Origin: a virus
Direction: 5' to 3' (one strand)
DNA: 64,000 nucleotides
IMG/VR virus record: IMGVR_UViG_3300027974_001900
Span: 32,001 to 96,000 of that record
Of the stretch, positions 17,886 to 28,802 are shown in pieces (the stretch's first letter is position 1; every line of letters starts with the position of its first letter). The notes beneath the pieces are model-generated. The model was not told where the DNA came from. It saw nothing but the letters and a program-made list of their open reading frames with translations, and did not search any database. The translations under genes were made by a program, and so were the position numbers.

Positions 17886-20800
17886 CTATGCTAGAGAAAT
17901 GCTAAACGCTGCATATGCTGCACCCCAACTAGAGGTTGTAATCTTTTTGGTAATATTTTGTACGGTATCATAGTAAAGTTTTTCACTTCCGTAGAAGAAT
18001 GCTTTATCTCCAAGATCTGTAAATTTTACTTTAACAGTTGTATTGGCAGATGAAACTAAGCCTGCATGTAACACTGCAAGTCTAAAGTCACTGTCTACTG
18101 TATAGTATGGAGTACTAACGAAAGTACCTTTAACGGCGTCATATTTAAATCCACCACCCCATACTCCACTACCTAATTCTTGTGATTTAATGTTTGCAGT
18201 TAAATCATTATTTAAAGTTATACCAAGGTTTGCTAATTTACTTTTTAAAATTAATGCGTTCGCTGACAAAGTTGGAGTCAAAGAAGTATCGTTTAAAGTT
18301 ATTGGTCCAACTGCTGCAACAATTGATCCATTAAGGGTTTCTCTAATATTTACCCTAAAAGATTCAATGCCTTCTGTTATTGAATCTTTTAGAGCAGTAG
18401 TATTAAAACCACCTCTTCCAGAAGTCAAATCTCCACTGTTAATTGTTAATGTTCCATTGATTTGCGTGAAATCTCCAGAAGTTATATTTGTTCCTGATAA
18501 ATCCCAAAATAAGGTAGTACCTACTGGAACGTTTGAGGTATAAACGAAACAACTAAATACATCTCCTTCATTTATTGAGAAGAGATCTGGCGTTATTTTG
18601 TAAGTTCTTTGTGATGTGGATGTATCATTTATTGTATAAACCTTAGATGTTGATAGAATATCTGAAGCCGCTGTTTTTCTAATGTTTATTACAAAAGTTT
18701 CCGGACCTTCCGTTAAAAGATCTTGTTTTATGTTTATTTTCAAATAAGCGCTTTTAATTTCATTAAACAATAATTTTCCAGCAGTTATTCCATCAACAAA
18801 ATCACTTGCGTTTAAGTTGCCACTTTTTCCAACAACTTCCCAATAATATTCATCCTGAGAGTTGACATCTTTACTTTGTATTATTAAATCTAAAGTTTCA
18901 CCTTCATTTAAGCTGTTTGAGGTATTTATGCTATTTGATACAAAAGAAAATACAGGCAACTTAATTGAAGTATCATTTACAGTTACAGATGGGCTTACTG
19001 CTATTATGTCTCCTCCGCCTAATACATTTGCTGGAGCTGACCTTACATTAACAAAGAATGTTTTTTGCCCATCAGTTCTTAAGTCCTTTGAAGTTGTTAT
19101 TTTTAATAAAGCAGAGTTATTGAAAATAGTAACTTTTCCTTCTGTAACCTGGTCTACTCCAAATACCGCTCTAAATGTACTGTTCAATCCATTAGAATAT
19201 TCAGCTGATTCAAAATCTAGATCATCTATATTATTACCCTCTAGATCCCAAAATAATTGTGTGCCGTCTGGTAATCCAATCGTTTTAAGTATAAAGCTTA
19301 CGGAGCTACCTTCATTAATTACATTAATATTGTCAGATAAATTTATACTAACTGGTATAATATTATTAATTGAATACTCAATGTCTTTAGAATATGTGCT
19401 ACCAAATTCATCAGTAATATTAAAAACAACCTTTAAGAATTTTAAATAATCGGTTGGTAAACTATCTTTTTTTCTAAGATCATCATAAAATCCAGGTATA
19501 TTATCTAATGAATAATTTTTTACTAAATATTTTGTTTCTTCCGGATTATTAAATATTTTTTCTGCTTCACTGTAAGATATTTGCGGCAAAGAATTAAAAT
19601 AAATTGGAACATATTTTCTGTCACTATTTCCGACAAAAACTGTAATATTATTTTTTAATTTAGTAATATAAGTTGGATAGGTTGGGTTTTTAATTCCAAC
19701 AGTAAGATATAACATCGGAAGTTGAATGTTATATTTTAAACTTTTGAAGTTATATTTTATATCAACAAATTCTTTTTTACTTGGATCGCTAATTGAAGAT
19801 AAAATTTCTGGCATTAAATGTGAATAAACTTCTTTGATTTTTTTATTTCCGAATGCTACATTTAAATCGTCTATGGTAATTACTTGGTTTTTATCAAGAA
19901 AATTTGGAAAATCATTAAGAAAATATCGTAAATTTAAATCAATTTTCTTATTAGTTTTTGGTGAAGATAATCTTAATTTTACGGTTAAACCTTTACCAAG
20001 ATCATAAGAATCGACCCGCTTAACTGTATTGTCCCATAATTGCATAGAGCCTTTTGGAGGAACAAACCTTTCTAGTTCTGGATCATAGGTTTTTTGTAAA
20101 TCTGATGCAGATACTTTTATTTTTGACAAGAAATTTTTAGTTTTATTATAAAACTCTTTTTGCTCTGGCGTATAAAAACTATAATCTAGATATGTAGAAT
20201 TATCTGTTGAGATCATCTCTAACTCTAGAACTTTTGTTGGAGAAGAAAAGTGTTTAACTATTCTAGATCCTTCATATAACTTTAATACTTCTTGATAAAC
20301 ATCGTAATCTCTTTCAGATAGAAAACAATAATAATATTTTGTATTTGCCTGTATATCATCTATTAAAGTTACATTATCTTCAATTGTTTTAGGAATTAAT
20401 TTTGTAGTATCCAGTTCTAAATCTAAAATTTTATATAATTTCTCATCTTGCAAAATATCTTCGTAAGTTGAAGGCTTTTCATTAGTTCTATAAACATAAA
20501 CTCTTTGCAAAATTAAATCATTCGAGTGAACAACTTGATCATTAAATGTAATGTTAGAAACTACTAGACTTGTTTTTACTTTCCCATTATTGCTTGGGAG
20601 CATTTTTTGTGGCGTTGGTTCTTTGAAAGTATCATAAGCAGCTTGATTTAGTTGCTTGAAGATATTAAATAATTCTTCTCTATTATAATTGCCAACTATT
20701 TGTGGTTCATTTTCTTCAAGAAAATCTAAGAAAGTATTAGAAAGATTATTTACCGAATTTTCATCTCCTACTAAATTTAATAAATTTATTAATAATTCTT

Positions 20801-21947
20801 TTGTATAAATCTTTAACCTCTTTAACATGAGATCATCTTTATATTCTTTTGATAAATCTGAAATTAATTTATTGGTTGCATTGTCAAAAATATTTTCTTC
20901 ACTGTTCGAAAGTTTTTCATAATATTCAAAATCTATGATGGCATTTTTTAAAATGTAATGAACTAAATTAAAATAACCTGCAACAGAATTAATATAATTT
21001 TTAACAATTTTAGAAGATGTTTCTTCTGATAAAGAAGTCAATAAAGCACGGTTTTTATAATAAAAGAAGGAATCAATAGGTATCACAGATGGTTTATTTA
21101 ATAAAATACCAGAAAGAAATTCTTCTTTTGTATCCTCAAATTCTATTTGCTTTGGTGGCAATAATGTAGAAGAGTAATTTGTTCTAATAGCACTGGATTT
21201 TATGGAAACTTTGTTTTTTATTTTTTGGAAAGAATCAACCGATATATTCAAATAATTTGGAGCTTCGCCAATTCCTGGAACATAAACTGTTTGCCCGTTT
21301 TTGGTTGTTACAGTAGCTCCTTTTTTTGTATATACAAGACTATTAGAATTATTAATAGTAAACCCATAATAACCATCTACATTAAAATATTTAAATAAAG
21401 TATTATAAAAGATATTTTCAACAACTTTATTTAAATCATTTGTGTTTGAAATAAAACTCTCATCTAAAAAACTATATGTAAAAGAATTAAAAAAATCCCA
21501 CCCATCGGATTCTGTAAGAGGAAATCCATTTTTTATAGAATCAAATCTTTTTTTAATTCCAAATAATCTACCATCTACAAAATAATCAATAGGAACTTTC
21601 AACTCTTCAGTTTTTTTATTTATATTTTTTATCTGCGAAGTTTCATCAGAACAAACATAATTCATAAAAAAATAAGGCAAAATACTTTGATAATAAGTAT
21701 TATTATTATTTCCTATGTTTTGTATAACATTATCAAAGTTTTGTTTAATATCTCCAACTTTTTTAAATACTGGTATTTCTTGACCAAAAACAAAAATAGA
21801 TGATTCTTTTTGTAAAATTGGCGTCATAAAGTCATCAATTTTTTTATAAGGATCATTTGTATAGTTGTTGGTTGTAAATGTATCAAAAACTTTTTTGTAG
21901 TTTCCGTACACTGTTGATCCTGAATAATTGATATTGTTAAACGCCAT
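17886..21947 (-). CDS. Large tail-associated protein with three Calx-beta-like repeats and a C-terminal LCCL-like domain
   Basis: Three roughly 110-120 aa repeats (INEG...LFW..DF..TEG.(K/E)TF.(V/I)N(V/I)R...NDTS). The C-terminal GVWGG..YTVDSDFRLAVLHAGLV matches the LCCL pattern YxxDSxxxxAAxHAG. Confidence 0.7.
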   Translation of the reverse strand: MAFNNINYSGSTVYGNYKKVFDTFTTNNYTNDPYKKIDDFMTPILQKESSIFVFGQEIPVFKKVGDIKQNFDNVIQNIGNNNNTYYQSILPYFFMNYVCSDETSQIKNINKKTEELKVPIDYFVDGRLFGIKKRFDSIKNGFPLTESDGWDFFNSFTYSFLDESFISNTNDLNKVVENIFYNTLFKYFNVDGYYGFTINNSNSLVYTKKGATVTTKNGQTVYVPGIGEAPNYLNISVDSFQKIKNKVSIKSSAIRTNYSSTLLPPKQIEFEDTKEEFLSGILLNKPSVIPIDSFFYYKNRALLTSLSEETSSKIVKNYINSVAGYFNLVHYILKNAIIDFEYYEKLSNSEENIFDNATNKLISDLSKEYKDDLMLKRLKIYTKELLINLLNLVGDENSVNNLSNTFLDFLEENEPQIVGNYNREELFNIFKQLNQAAYDTFKEPTPQKMLPSNNGKVKTSLVVSNITFNDQVVHSNDLILQRVYVYRTNEKPSTYEDILQDEKLYKILDLELDTTKLIPKTIEDNVTLIDDIQANTKYYYCFLSERDYDVYQEVLKLYEGSRIVKHFSSPTKVLELEMISTDNSTYLDYSFYTPEQKEFYNKTKNFLSKIKVSASDLQKTYDPELERFVPPKGSMQLWDNTVKRVDSYDLGKGLTVKLRLSSPKTNKKIDLNLRYFLNDFPNFLDKNQVITIDDLNVAFGNKKIKEVYSHLMPEILSSISDPSKKEFVDIKYNFKSLKYNIQLPMLYLTVGIKNPTYPTYITKLKNNITVFVGNSDRKYVPIYFNSLPQISYSEAEKIFNNPEETKYLVKNYSLDNIPGFYDDLRKKDSLPTDYLKFLKVVFNITDEFGSTYSKDIEYSINNIIPVSINLSDNINVINEGSSVSFILKTIGLPDGTQLFWDLEGNNIDDLDFESAEYSNGLNSTFRAVFGVDQVTEGKVTIFNNSALLKITTSKDLRTDGQKTFFVNVRSAPANVLGGGDIIAVSPSVTVNDTSIKLPVFSFVSNSINTSNSLNEGETLDLIIQSKDVNSQDEYYWEVVGKSGNLNASDFVDGITAGKLLFNEIKSAYLKINIKQDLLTEGPETFVINIRKTAASDILSTSKVYTINDTSTSQRTYKITPDLFSINEGDVFSCFVYTSNVPVGTTLFWDLSGTNITSGDFTQINGTLTINSGDLTSGRGGFNTTALKDSITEGIESFRVNIRETLNGSIVAAVGPITLNDTSLTPTLSANALILKSKLANLGITLNNDLTANIKSQELGSGVWGGGFKYDAVKGTFVSTPYYTVDSDFRLAVLHAGLVSSANTTVKVKFTDLGDKAFFYGSEKLYYDTVQNITKKITTSSWGAAYAAFSISLA

Positions 21948-21949
21948 TT

Positions 21950-23176
21950 TTATGCCTCTAATACAAAATACTCATAAGCCACTTTATCAAAGTATTTTTT
22001 ATTTTTTAAACTTATTCTGCAGAAAATAGAATTGAAATTAGTAACAGAATTAATATTTTCTTGGGTTATTTGTTCCCATGTTTCATGCATAGAATTTGGA
22101 TCTATTGAAACTAAATATTCTATTTTAAATTTTAAAACATGTTTAAAAAAGTAAGTTGGATATTCAAAAGAATCAATTAAGAAAGATCTATAATCATTAT
22201 TTTCTTCTTCTGTTGTTGGCTTTATGATTCCATCATTTAAAATAAAAGATAGGAATAAATTAGCACTGTCTTTTGCTTCATCTGTTTTGAGACTGGTATT
22301 TTCTTTTTTAAACAATCCCTCTTCAGAAGAAGTGTTTGCATTTGCAGTATTTGCTCTAACCAATTCTGGATCGACTACTTTTTTAGAGTTATCTTCATTT
22401 TTAACAAAAATACTCAATTGATTTAAAAATCTTTTATAATCATAATCACTTATAGAATTAACAAGCTTTCCATAATATTCTGCTAATTTTTGTTTATCTG
22501 CATCAAAGATGTTTTGAATTTGTTTGTCTATTATTATTTTCTCAAATTTAGTATAGCCATTGCTATCAAATAAAATTTGTTGTAATAATGATTTACTATC
22601 TCTTTCTGAGCTTGTGAATGCTGCTCTTTCTTTTACTTCGTCATAATTTCTAAAGTCTATGTATCCCGTTGAAACGGTTTCTGTATGTCTTATCAATTCT
22701 GAATTATCATAGTTTACCAATGCTTCATCATAATTTGCAATCTCGTTGTATAATACTCTAAGATCTCTATCTATATCTATTTCAGTTCTAGCATTTATAT
22801 TTTTTAATTTTTCATCTAAAAATCTATAATATCTAAACTTAAATGAATAGTTAAAAAGTATTCTAGCAGGAAACTCTATAAGATTGTTTTTTAATTTTAT
22901 TAGATATGTCGTAAATTGTTGATTATCTAAAATATTAATTTGTGATATTTCTGCAACGGATTCGATTGGATAAGTTCTTAAATCAGATCCTTGCAATAAA
23001 ATTTTCTTTGTTACAACTTTACTAAAAATATCTAACAGCTCTTGCTCTGTAAAGAGCTTATATAATTCTGCTCTATCTTTCAGCATAAGATTTTCGTTGA
23101 TAGAAAGAAAAATGTATAGATTATCATCTAAACTTCTAGATACATACATATTTGAAAGATAGTTTTTAGAATTCAT
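21950..23176 (-). CDS. Hypothetical tail-module protein
   Basis: 408 aa ORF in the operon. Confidence 0.6.
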   Translation of the reverse strand: MNSKNYLSNMYVSRSLDDNLYIFLSINENLMLKDRAELYKLFTEQELLDIFSKVVTKKILLQGSDLRTYPIESVAEISQINILDNQQFTTYLIKLKNNLIEFPARILFNYSFKFRYYRFLDEKLKNINARTEIDIDRDLRVLYNEIANYDEALVNYDNSELIRHTETVSTGYIDFRNYDEVKERAAFTSSERDSKSLLQQILFDSNGYTKFEKIIIDKQIQNIFDADKQKLAEYYGKLVNSISDYDYKRFLNQLSIFVKNEDNSKKVVDPELVRANTANANTSSEEGLFKKENTSLKTDEAKDSANLFLSFILNDGIIKPTTEEENNDYRSFLIDSFEYPTYFFKHVLKFKIEYLVSIDPNSMHETWEQITQENINSVTNFNSIFCRISLKNKKYFDKVAYEYFVLEA

Positions 23177-23179
23177 GGT

Positions 23180-24007
23180 TTAGCAATTTGAAGGAGTTTC
23201 CTTTCCTCCTGGTCCGTAAATATCTGCTGTTTTCATCTTTTGTTCAAAGTCAGCATTATTATCAAAAGAAATATTTAAATAATTTTCTATTGAATATTCG
23301 TTGTTTATTTCTTTATTAAATAGAAGTTGAACTAATTTTCCCTTATCTTTGCCGTCTGACGCTTCTAAATAAACTTCGATAAAATAATTATCTGTTTCAT
23401 TTTCTTCAAATGCATTTATTTCTTCAATTTCAGCTAGAAGCTCGTTGTCCTCTACTATAAATGTTTTTATATATTTTTTACCATCTTTATCAACAAAATT
23501 TTTAACTTCAACTTTTTGATAATAAGATGTTATGTTTAATTGAGGTATTACTTCTTCTAGCCCTTCGTTTTCAATAATGTTCTCAAAAGTATTTGCAGTA
23601 ATATATGTTGTATAATATTTTGGAGTTATCAAAGCACTGCCTGAAACATAGTTTTGAAAATCCGGAGAATTAATAAACTTTATTTTCCATGCTGGAGCGT
23701 ATTGATTACCAAGTATTTTATCACCAATTCTATTAGCTAGATTATGTTTTCTTATTACTTGTCCTGTTTTGCCATCTCTATAATAATCTTCTCCACTTGA
23801 ATAATAAGAAGGAGCTTTTAAACGAGCAGAAGTTTTAATTCTTGAAGCTATCTCATTCTGGGGTTCTCCATTGTTGCTTTCATATTTTACATCAATGTCG
23901 TGGAAAGAATAGCTAGCTGGTGTAAACATTCCCTTTGCTAGCAACTCTCTTCCTTTTGGAGTTAAAACTAGATCAATGACTTCTTCATTTTGTTTAAAAA
24001 ATTCCAT
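23180..24007 (-). CDS. Virion structural protein; N-terminus similar to 16820-17833
   Basis: IDLVLTPKGRELLAKG..YSFHDIDVKY resembles ILDAVLTELGRKKLAEG..FAVADDEIDY. Confidence 0.6.
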   Translation of the reverse strand: MEFFKQNEEVIDLVLTPKGRELLAKGMFTPASYSFHDIDVKYESNNGEPQNEIASRIKTSARLKAPSYYSSGEDYYRDGKTGQVIRKHNLANRIGDKILGNQYAPAWKIKFINSPDFQNYVSGSALITPKYYTTYITANTFENIIENEGLEEVIPQLNITSYYQKVEVKNFVDKDGKKYIKTFIVEDNELLAEIEEINAFEENETDNYFIEVYLEASDGKDKGKLVQLLFNKEINNEYSIENYLNISFDNNADFEQKMKTADIYGPGGKETPSNC

Positions 24008-24015
24008 GTTTTTTC

Positions 24016-27000
24016 CTACTTGTTAGTTTCAGAATCTTTTACAACATTACCTTGATTATCTAAATGAAATCCTTTAGCAACATTATTTGTCTTATCGTAT
24101 TCTAGTTCAACTTCTACTTCACCACCAGCAATCAACTCTGCTTTAGAATAAGGCCAATTGTAAGCTAATTTATAACTATCATTAATTGGATCGTTCAAAG
24201 TTCTGTTGATAACATTTTTGTAATCAGTTTCTGCTCTATAGCTTACTTTAAATACTTTGAATCTTAGATTCTTTGGCAATGTATTGCCAAATTTTACTAA
24301 ATCATCATAAGAAAAAATATTGCTATTTTTTAGATCAAATTCAATTGTTTTATTATCCATTTCCATAGTTTTTGCTATGTCTGGCATTATTCCTTGCCAA
24401 ATTTTTATTAAATCACTTCTTGTTATAACTGATTTAAATTCTTCAAAGAAGAACAAAAATGGAGCAGAAACTTTTCCATAATCTTGTAATTTTAATGGAA
24501 TCTTAGAATTTCTTCTTATTCTCATAAAATCCATAAGAGGAGGCATAATGTATTTTTTGCTAAAATTATCCATTTTTATTAAATCTTGATCTTTGCCATA
24601 ATTTTTTTCAAATTTATCTAAATTTAAATATAAAAGTTTTTCTTCAATTTCATTTTCAAGATAAACTGGAACTATCACCAATGCCTCTTCAAATGTTTTT
24701 GATGTGGCAACTTCGCCAATTCTAATTCTTTCTTTCGGATTAAATCCAACTATGTCTAGCAAAGAGCCTGTTAATGTGTTTGAATTATCTGTTGCTTGAA
24801 AAAACAAACCCGTTGTATCATCAACATCAACACCTAACTGATGCCAAACTCCTCTTATTGCATCTCCAGGAGTTGTCCCACCTGAATCATAGCCAGAAGA
24901 ATTGGTTAGTTTTGCCATTGTTCCGGAAAAATTTAAATTAGCAGTTGGATTTGTCCATTTAACATACGGAGTCCAAGTTTTATTAGTCTCTGAAAATCCA
25001 AAAATTTCTACACAATCTCCTAGATTTACTGCCTTATTAGCGACGGTAGATGATGTTACGAAAGAGCTTTCATAGGTTACTGTACTGTATCTCTTAATTT
25101 CATTAAAAGTAAATTGAGCACCTTTACCCGCGACAATCTGTACGCCAGCAGAAGCGGTAATCAAAGAGGGCTTAAACGTAATTGTTGCTGCAGCATAAGA
25201 AGCATTTTTCCAAGAAGAAGAAGGAGCTAAGTTTAAATCAGAATTAAACGAAGAGCCAGTAATTGTTTGCAAAGTAGCATCCCCACTTGTTGTTATCCAA
25301 GGTGGATTGTGGAAAATATATGGTCTTGGTCCAAAATTTTCTAAAGAAGAATAGGTTGTAAAATTAGGAGTCTTATTTATTACAAGTCTCATAGAGTAAT
25401 CTTTTGTTAAATCTGAGAAATACCAAAACTGTTCTGGGGTAGAACTTAACGATGGTAGTTTTTCATCTTTTATAAAAAATTCAACTATTTCTGAATAAAG
25501 ATTATTAGCTAGCTCTTTATAAGCAGAATCTTTTTGGAAACCTTTTTGTAATGTTGCAGAAGCACTATTAGCAAATTGTATATCCGGATCTGCATCATAG
25601 ATCTTTACATCTGCAAATTTACTTGGATCTAATGCTGCCTCAAATGGAATTTTTGTATAATAATTTCCATTTAAATTACCTGTTATTGCATTTGCACCTG
25701 TTGTACTTAAATCTGTCGTAACAACATTAAACGGCATTGCAATACCAGATTTTATTGAATTAAAAGTAATTCCAGGATAAAACAATGGTTGTAACGCTGG
25801 TTTAACCCAATAGTATGTTCCGCTATAAGATCCGGAAAATATAAAAGCCCCAGTGGCTGCATCAGTTATTGATACACCATTTTTAATAAAATATTTATAA
25901 AAATTCTTTGGTAAAACTTTGCTTAATTGTTCTGACGGGTAAAATTCTGATAATGGTACAAATTTTTTAACAGTATTTAAATTAAATTTAATTTTAGAAA
26001 TTTTTAAATCTTCATTTTTATTAAAATCAGGCAATACGTCTATAAAATCTGTATAGTTACGTCGGTCTGCGTAAAATTGACTTAAAGTTATTTGGCCAGT
26101 AGAATAATCGATATTAAAGCCTAATGGATCATATTCTGTTGATAATGAAACAATTAAATTATAAGAATCTATATATTCATAATTAACTGGTGGAGTTGTT
26201 CCTTCATTATAATAATTTCCTAACACAACTGTTGGATTATAAGAAGAAAAAACGGCATAATTTTTAAAATTATATTTTACGTCATAAGCTACAGTTTTGT
26301 AGCTATCATAATAAGGTACACTAACAGAATCCTGTATAGTGTTTTGTGGTCTATTGGTATTAAAATTTCTTCCAAATAAACATGTCCCAAGCATTTCGGT
26401 GCCATAAGGGGGAAATAAATAAGAACCAGTGAAATTAATGCCAGCATAACTATTTGAAATAAATGTTGGATTGTCTAAATGCATCAAAACACCAGATTTT
26501 TCTATAAATACAGTTCCGCTTTGATAAGTATAAGTATCCATAGGCCAAACGCTAGCATACTCTTTGCCACTTGCTGGATAGTTAAGTTGCCCTGCAGAAC
26601 TATCCTTTCCTGGATCCCAACCAAAAATTTGTGTTGACGCTCTTGAGCGATTATTAAAATTACTATTCCACGTATATAAAACACTTAGCAAACTTCTTCC
26701 TGTTGCTATGTTTCTATAAGAATTCTCTGTTTTTGGCCAAAGTTTTTCTTTATAATAAATTTTATTTATTTTTGAATTTGTTATGTTGTTTTGAATTTTT
26801 TCTTTATCAACTTCTAATAACTTATAAAACAAAGAACCGCTCTTATCTGCGTATCTTATGTTTCTTTCATCTTTATAAAGAGTATCTAATCTATCTAAAG
26901 AAATGTTGTAAAAATCTCCTAAATAAGAATAATTTGATGCAAATGGTAAAGAAATGTTTTCTTTATTACCATCACTTAAATTGTATTCTACAACTATATT

Positions 27001-28791
27001 TCTGTATTTAGAATTAATAGGAGATTGTTGATAATAAACAAATTGTTTTTTATCATCAATGTTTCCCACATAATTTGATTTTATAATTTCGAAATCAGCA
27101 CCAGAATAACCAATCCCAGAAACTACTGAACTTACTTGTTTTCTTGTTTTTAATCTAATTGGGTTGTAATAATTTGAAAGCTGTCTTTGTGTGCCAAACC
27201 CCATAAGCTTATTTCTAGAAATCAAATAAGTATTTAATGAAGTTGCACTACTGGCTGTAAATGTGGTTGAATAAGCAGAAAAACTCGAACTTTTAACCAT
27301 TTCATCTTGTGTTGTGTTAAATCCATAAGTTTCAAAATAGACGCTTCTATCTAAGGACTTACTTAAGAATGTTATCCCAGGATTTGAATAATCTTTTACA
27401 AAAACATTGTTATCAAACGACCCAGTTCCAAATCTTGAATTTATCCAACTGTACCCTCTAGGAGAAGCCGGTATTTCTCTTCTTATAAAAGCATTGTCGT
27501 ATTTTTTAACAATACCACCAGAAGATGTAATATTATAGTTTGTATTTCTTTGAATTCCGTGGAATGAAGCTGTCAAGCCATAACCAGCGGTTGTATAATT
27601 TCCGTACTCAGCATGATCAACTAAAAATTTCTTATTTAGGTAATAACGAGCAGAAGGATTTCTATAGTTAACTGTATTATACGGAGAAAATTGTCTTGAT
27701 GTTGGATCTAGATTTTGCGCTGCTCTTGTCTCTGGACCGCCTGGCGCTCCGAAAGTTTGAGCAATAATCATTTCACTATTTGTACCGTCACCAAGAGTAA
27801 AATCTTGTACTTGAAAATCTTGAGCGCCGGAAATGAACGGGCTATCAATAAGAGGGAAACTTGCAGTTGGATAAGATCTAAACCAGAGATTGTTTTCATT
27901 TCTATTTGTCGCCTGAAACACTTCATAATTTTTTGAGTAATTTCCGGCAATTCTTGGATCAGTTGTCTTAATTCTTTTTGTGCTTACAACTCTTCTAGCT
28001 CCACCTTCTCTAGAAAAACGAACTGCTAGTTTATTATAATTTGGAGTGGAGCCAAGAGGACTTGTAAAACTTATTGAAGTCCCAGAAGCAGAAATAGAGA
28101 ACATTTCTGGTCTATTAAACTGATTATCACTGCCAGTATTTATGGCAACATGTCTATGCGCATATCCACCAACATGTTGAGTAGTAAACGGACCTTGTAA
28201 TGTAGATTTTATATCTCCTTCATTATGTATTTTAGTTATGTCATAAGCCTTTGTAACACCAGAACTTGATAACACACTTCTATAACCATTAAAGTCAGAT
28301 GGAGCAATTATTGTCACGGGCATGTAGGAATTTTTTAATCCAACATTAGATCCATAAACTTTTATATTTCTTATGTACATTCCTGTTTTTGCAACCAAGT
28401 CTGCACTTTGCTGTTCTGTAAACGTTATTACTTGAGTTGGATCTCTTTGCAATAATTCATTAACATAACCATATATCTTTTGCTCATCAGTATTGTATCC
28501 TTGAGTATACGAAAAACTTGTTAAAGACTCTTTTAGTTTAACAACATTAACTTGGTCTTTATTATAATCTGTATACACAGAATCATGAACTTGTGTTCTT
28601 GTTTCTGTATTAGTTCCACTAGTAAATAAATTAGTATCGTTTCTGTTGGCATAATATTTGTAAAAAGTATCTAAAGGATTAGTTTCTGAAGTGTAAAGAT
28701 AAGAGCGGGATTTAAAGGCATCGCCTTTTATCTTTTCTTCGTCCTGAGAAACTACATTATATTTTATTTTGTTTCTTGTGCTTTGGCTCAT
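24016..28791 (-). CDS. Very large S/T/N-rich virion structural protein
   Basis: 1591 aa uninterrupted ORF in the tail/baseplate module, with recurrent (T/S)GS motifs. Confidence 0.65.
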   Translation of the reverse strand: MSQSTRNKIKYNVVSQDEEKIKGDAFKSRSYLYTSETNPLDTFYKYYANRNDTNLFTSGTNTETRTQVHDSVYTDYNKDQVNVVKLKESLTSFSYTQGYNTDEQKIYGYVNELLQRDPTQVITFTEQQSADLVAKTGMYIRNIKVYGSNVGLKNSYMPVTIIAPSDFNGYRSVLSSSGVTKAYDITKIHNEGDIKSTLQGPFTTQHVGGYAHRHVAINTGSDNQFNRPEMFSISASGTSISFTSPLGSTPNYNKLAVRFSREGGARRVVSTKRIKTTDPRIAGNYSKNYEVFQATNRNENNLWFRSYPTASFPLIDSPFISGAQDFQVQDFTLGDGTNSEMIIAQTFGAPGGPETRAAQNLDPTSRQFSPYNTVNYRNPSARYYLNKKFLVDHAEYGNYTTAGYGLTASFHGIQRNTNYNITSSGGIVKKYDNAFIRREIPASPRGYSWINSRFGTGSFDNNVFVKDYSNPGITFLSKSLDRSVYFETYGFNTTQDEMVKSSSFSAYSTTFTASSATSLNTYLISRNKLMGFGTQRQLSNYYNPIRLKTRKQVSSVVSGIGYSGADFEIIKSNYVGNIDDKKQFVYYQQSPINSKYRNIVVEYNLSDGNKENISLPFASNYSYLGDFYNISLDRLDTLYKDERNIRYADKSGSLFYKLLEVDKEKIQNNITNSKINKIYYKEKLWPKTENSYRNIATGRSLLSVLYTWNSNFNNRSRASTQIFGWDPGKDSSAGQLNYPASGKEYASVWPMDTYTYQSGTVFIEKSGVLMHLDNPTFISNSYAGINFTGSYLFPPYGTEMLGTCLFGRNFNTNRPQNTIQDSVSVPYYDSYKTVAYDVKYNFKNYAVFSSYNPTVVLGNYYNEGTTPPVNYEYIDSYNLIVSLSTEYDPLGFNIDYSTGQITLSQFYADRRNYTDFIDVLPDFNKNEDLKISKIKFNLNTVKKFVPLSEFYPSEQLSKVLPKNFYKYFIKNGVSITDAATGAFIFSGSYSGTYYWVKPALQPLFYPGITFNSIKSGIAMPFNVVTTDLSTTGANAITGNLNGNYYTKIPFEAALDPSKFADVKIYDADPDIQFANSASATLQKGFQKDSAYKELANNLYSEIVEFFIKDEKLPSLSSTPEQFWYFSDLTKDYSMRLVINKTPNFTTYSSLENFGPRPYIFHNPPWITTSGDATLQTITGSSFNSDLNLAPSSSWKNASYAAATITFKPSLITASAGVQIVAGKGAQFTFNEIKRYSTVTYESSFVTSSTVANKAVNLGDCVEIFGFSETNKTWTPYVKWTNPTANLNFSGTMAKLTNSSGYDSGGTTPGDAIRGVWHQLGVDVDDTTGLFFQATDNSNTLTGSLLDIVGFNPKERIRIGEVATSKTFEEALVIVPVYLENEIEEKLLYLNLDKFEKNYGKDQDLIKMDNFSKKYIMPPLMDFMRIRRNSKIPLKLQDYGKVSAPFLFFFEEFKSVITRSDLIKIWQGIMPDIAKTMEMDNKTIEFDLKNSNIFSYDDLVKFGNTLPKNLRFKVFKVSYRAETDYKNVINRTLNDPINDSYKLAYNWPYSKAELIAGGEVEVELEYDKTNNVAKGFHLDNQGNVVKDSETNK

Positions 28792-28802
28792 ACTTCACTC
28801 TC

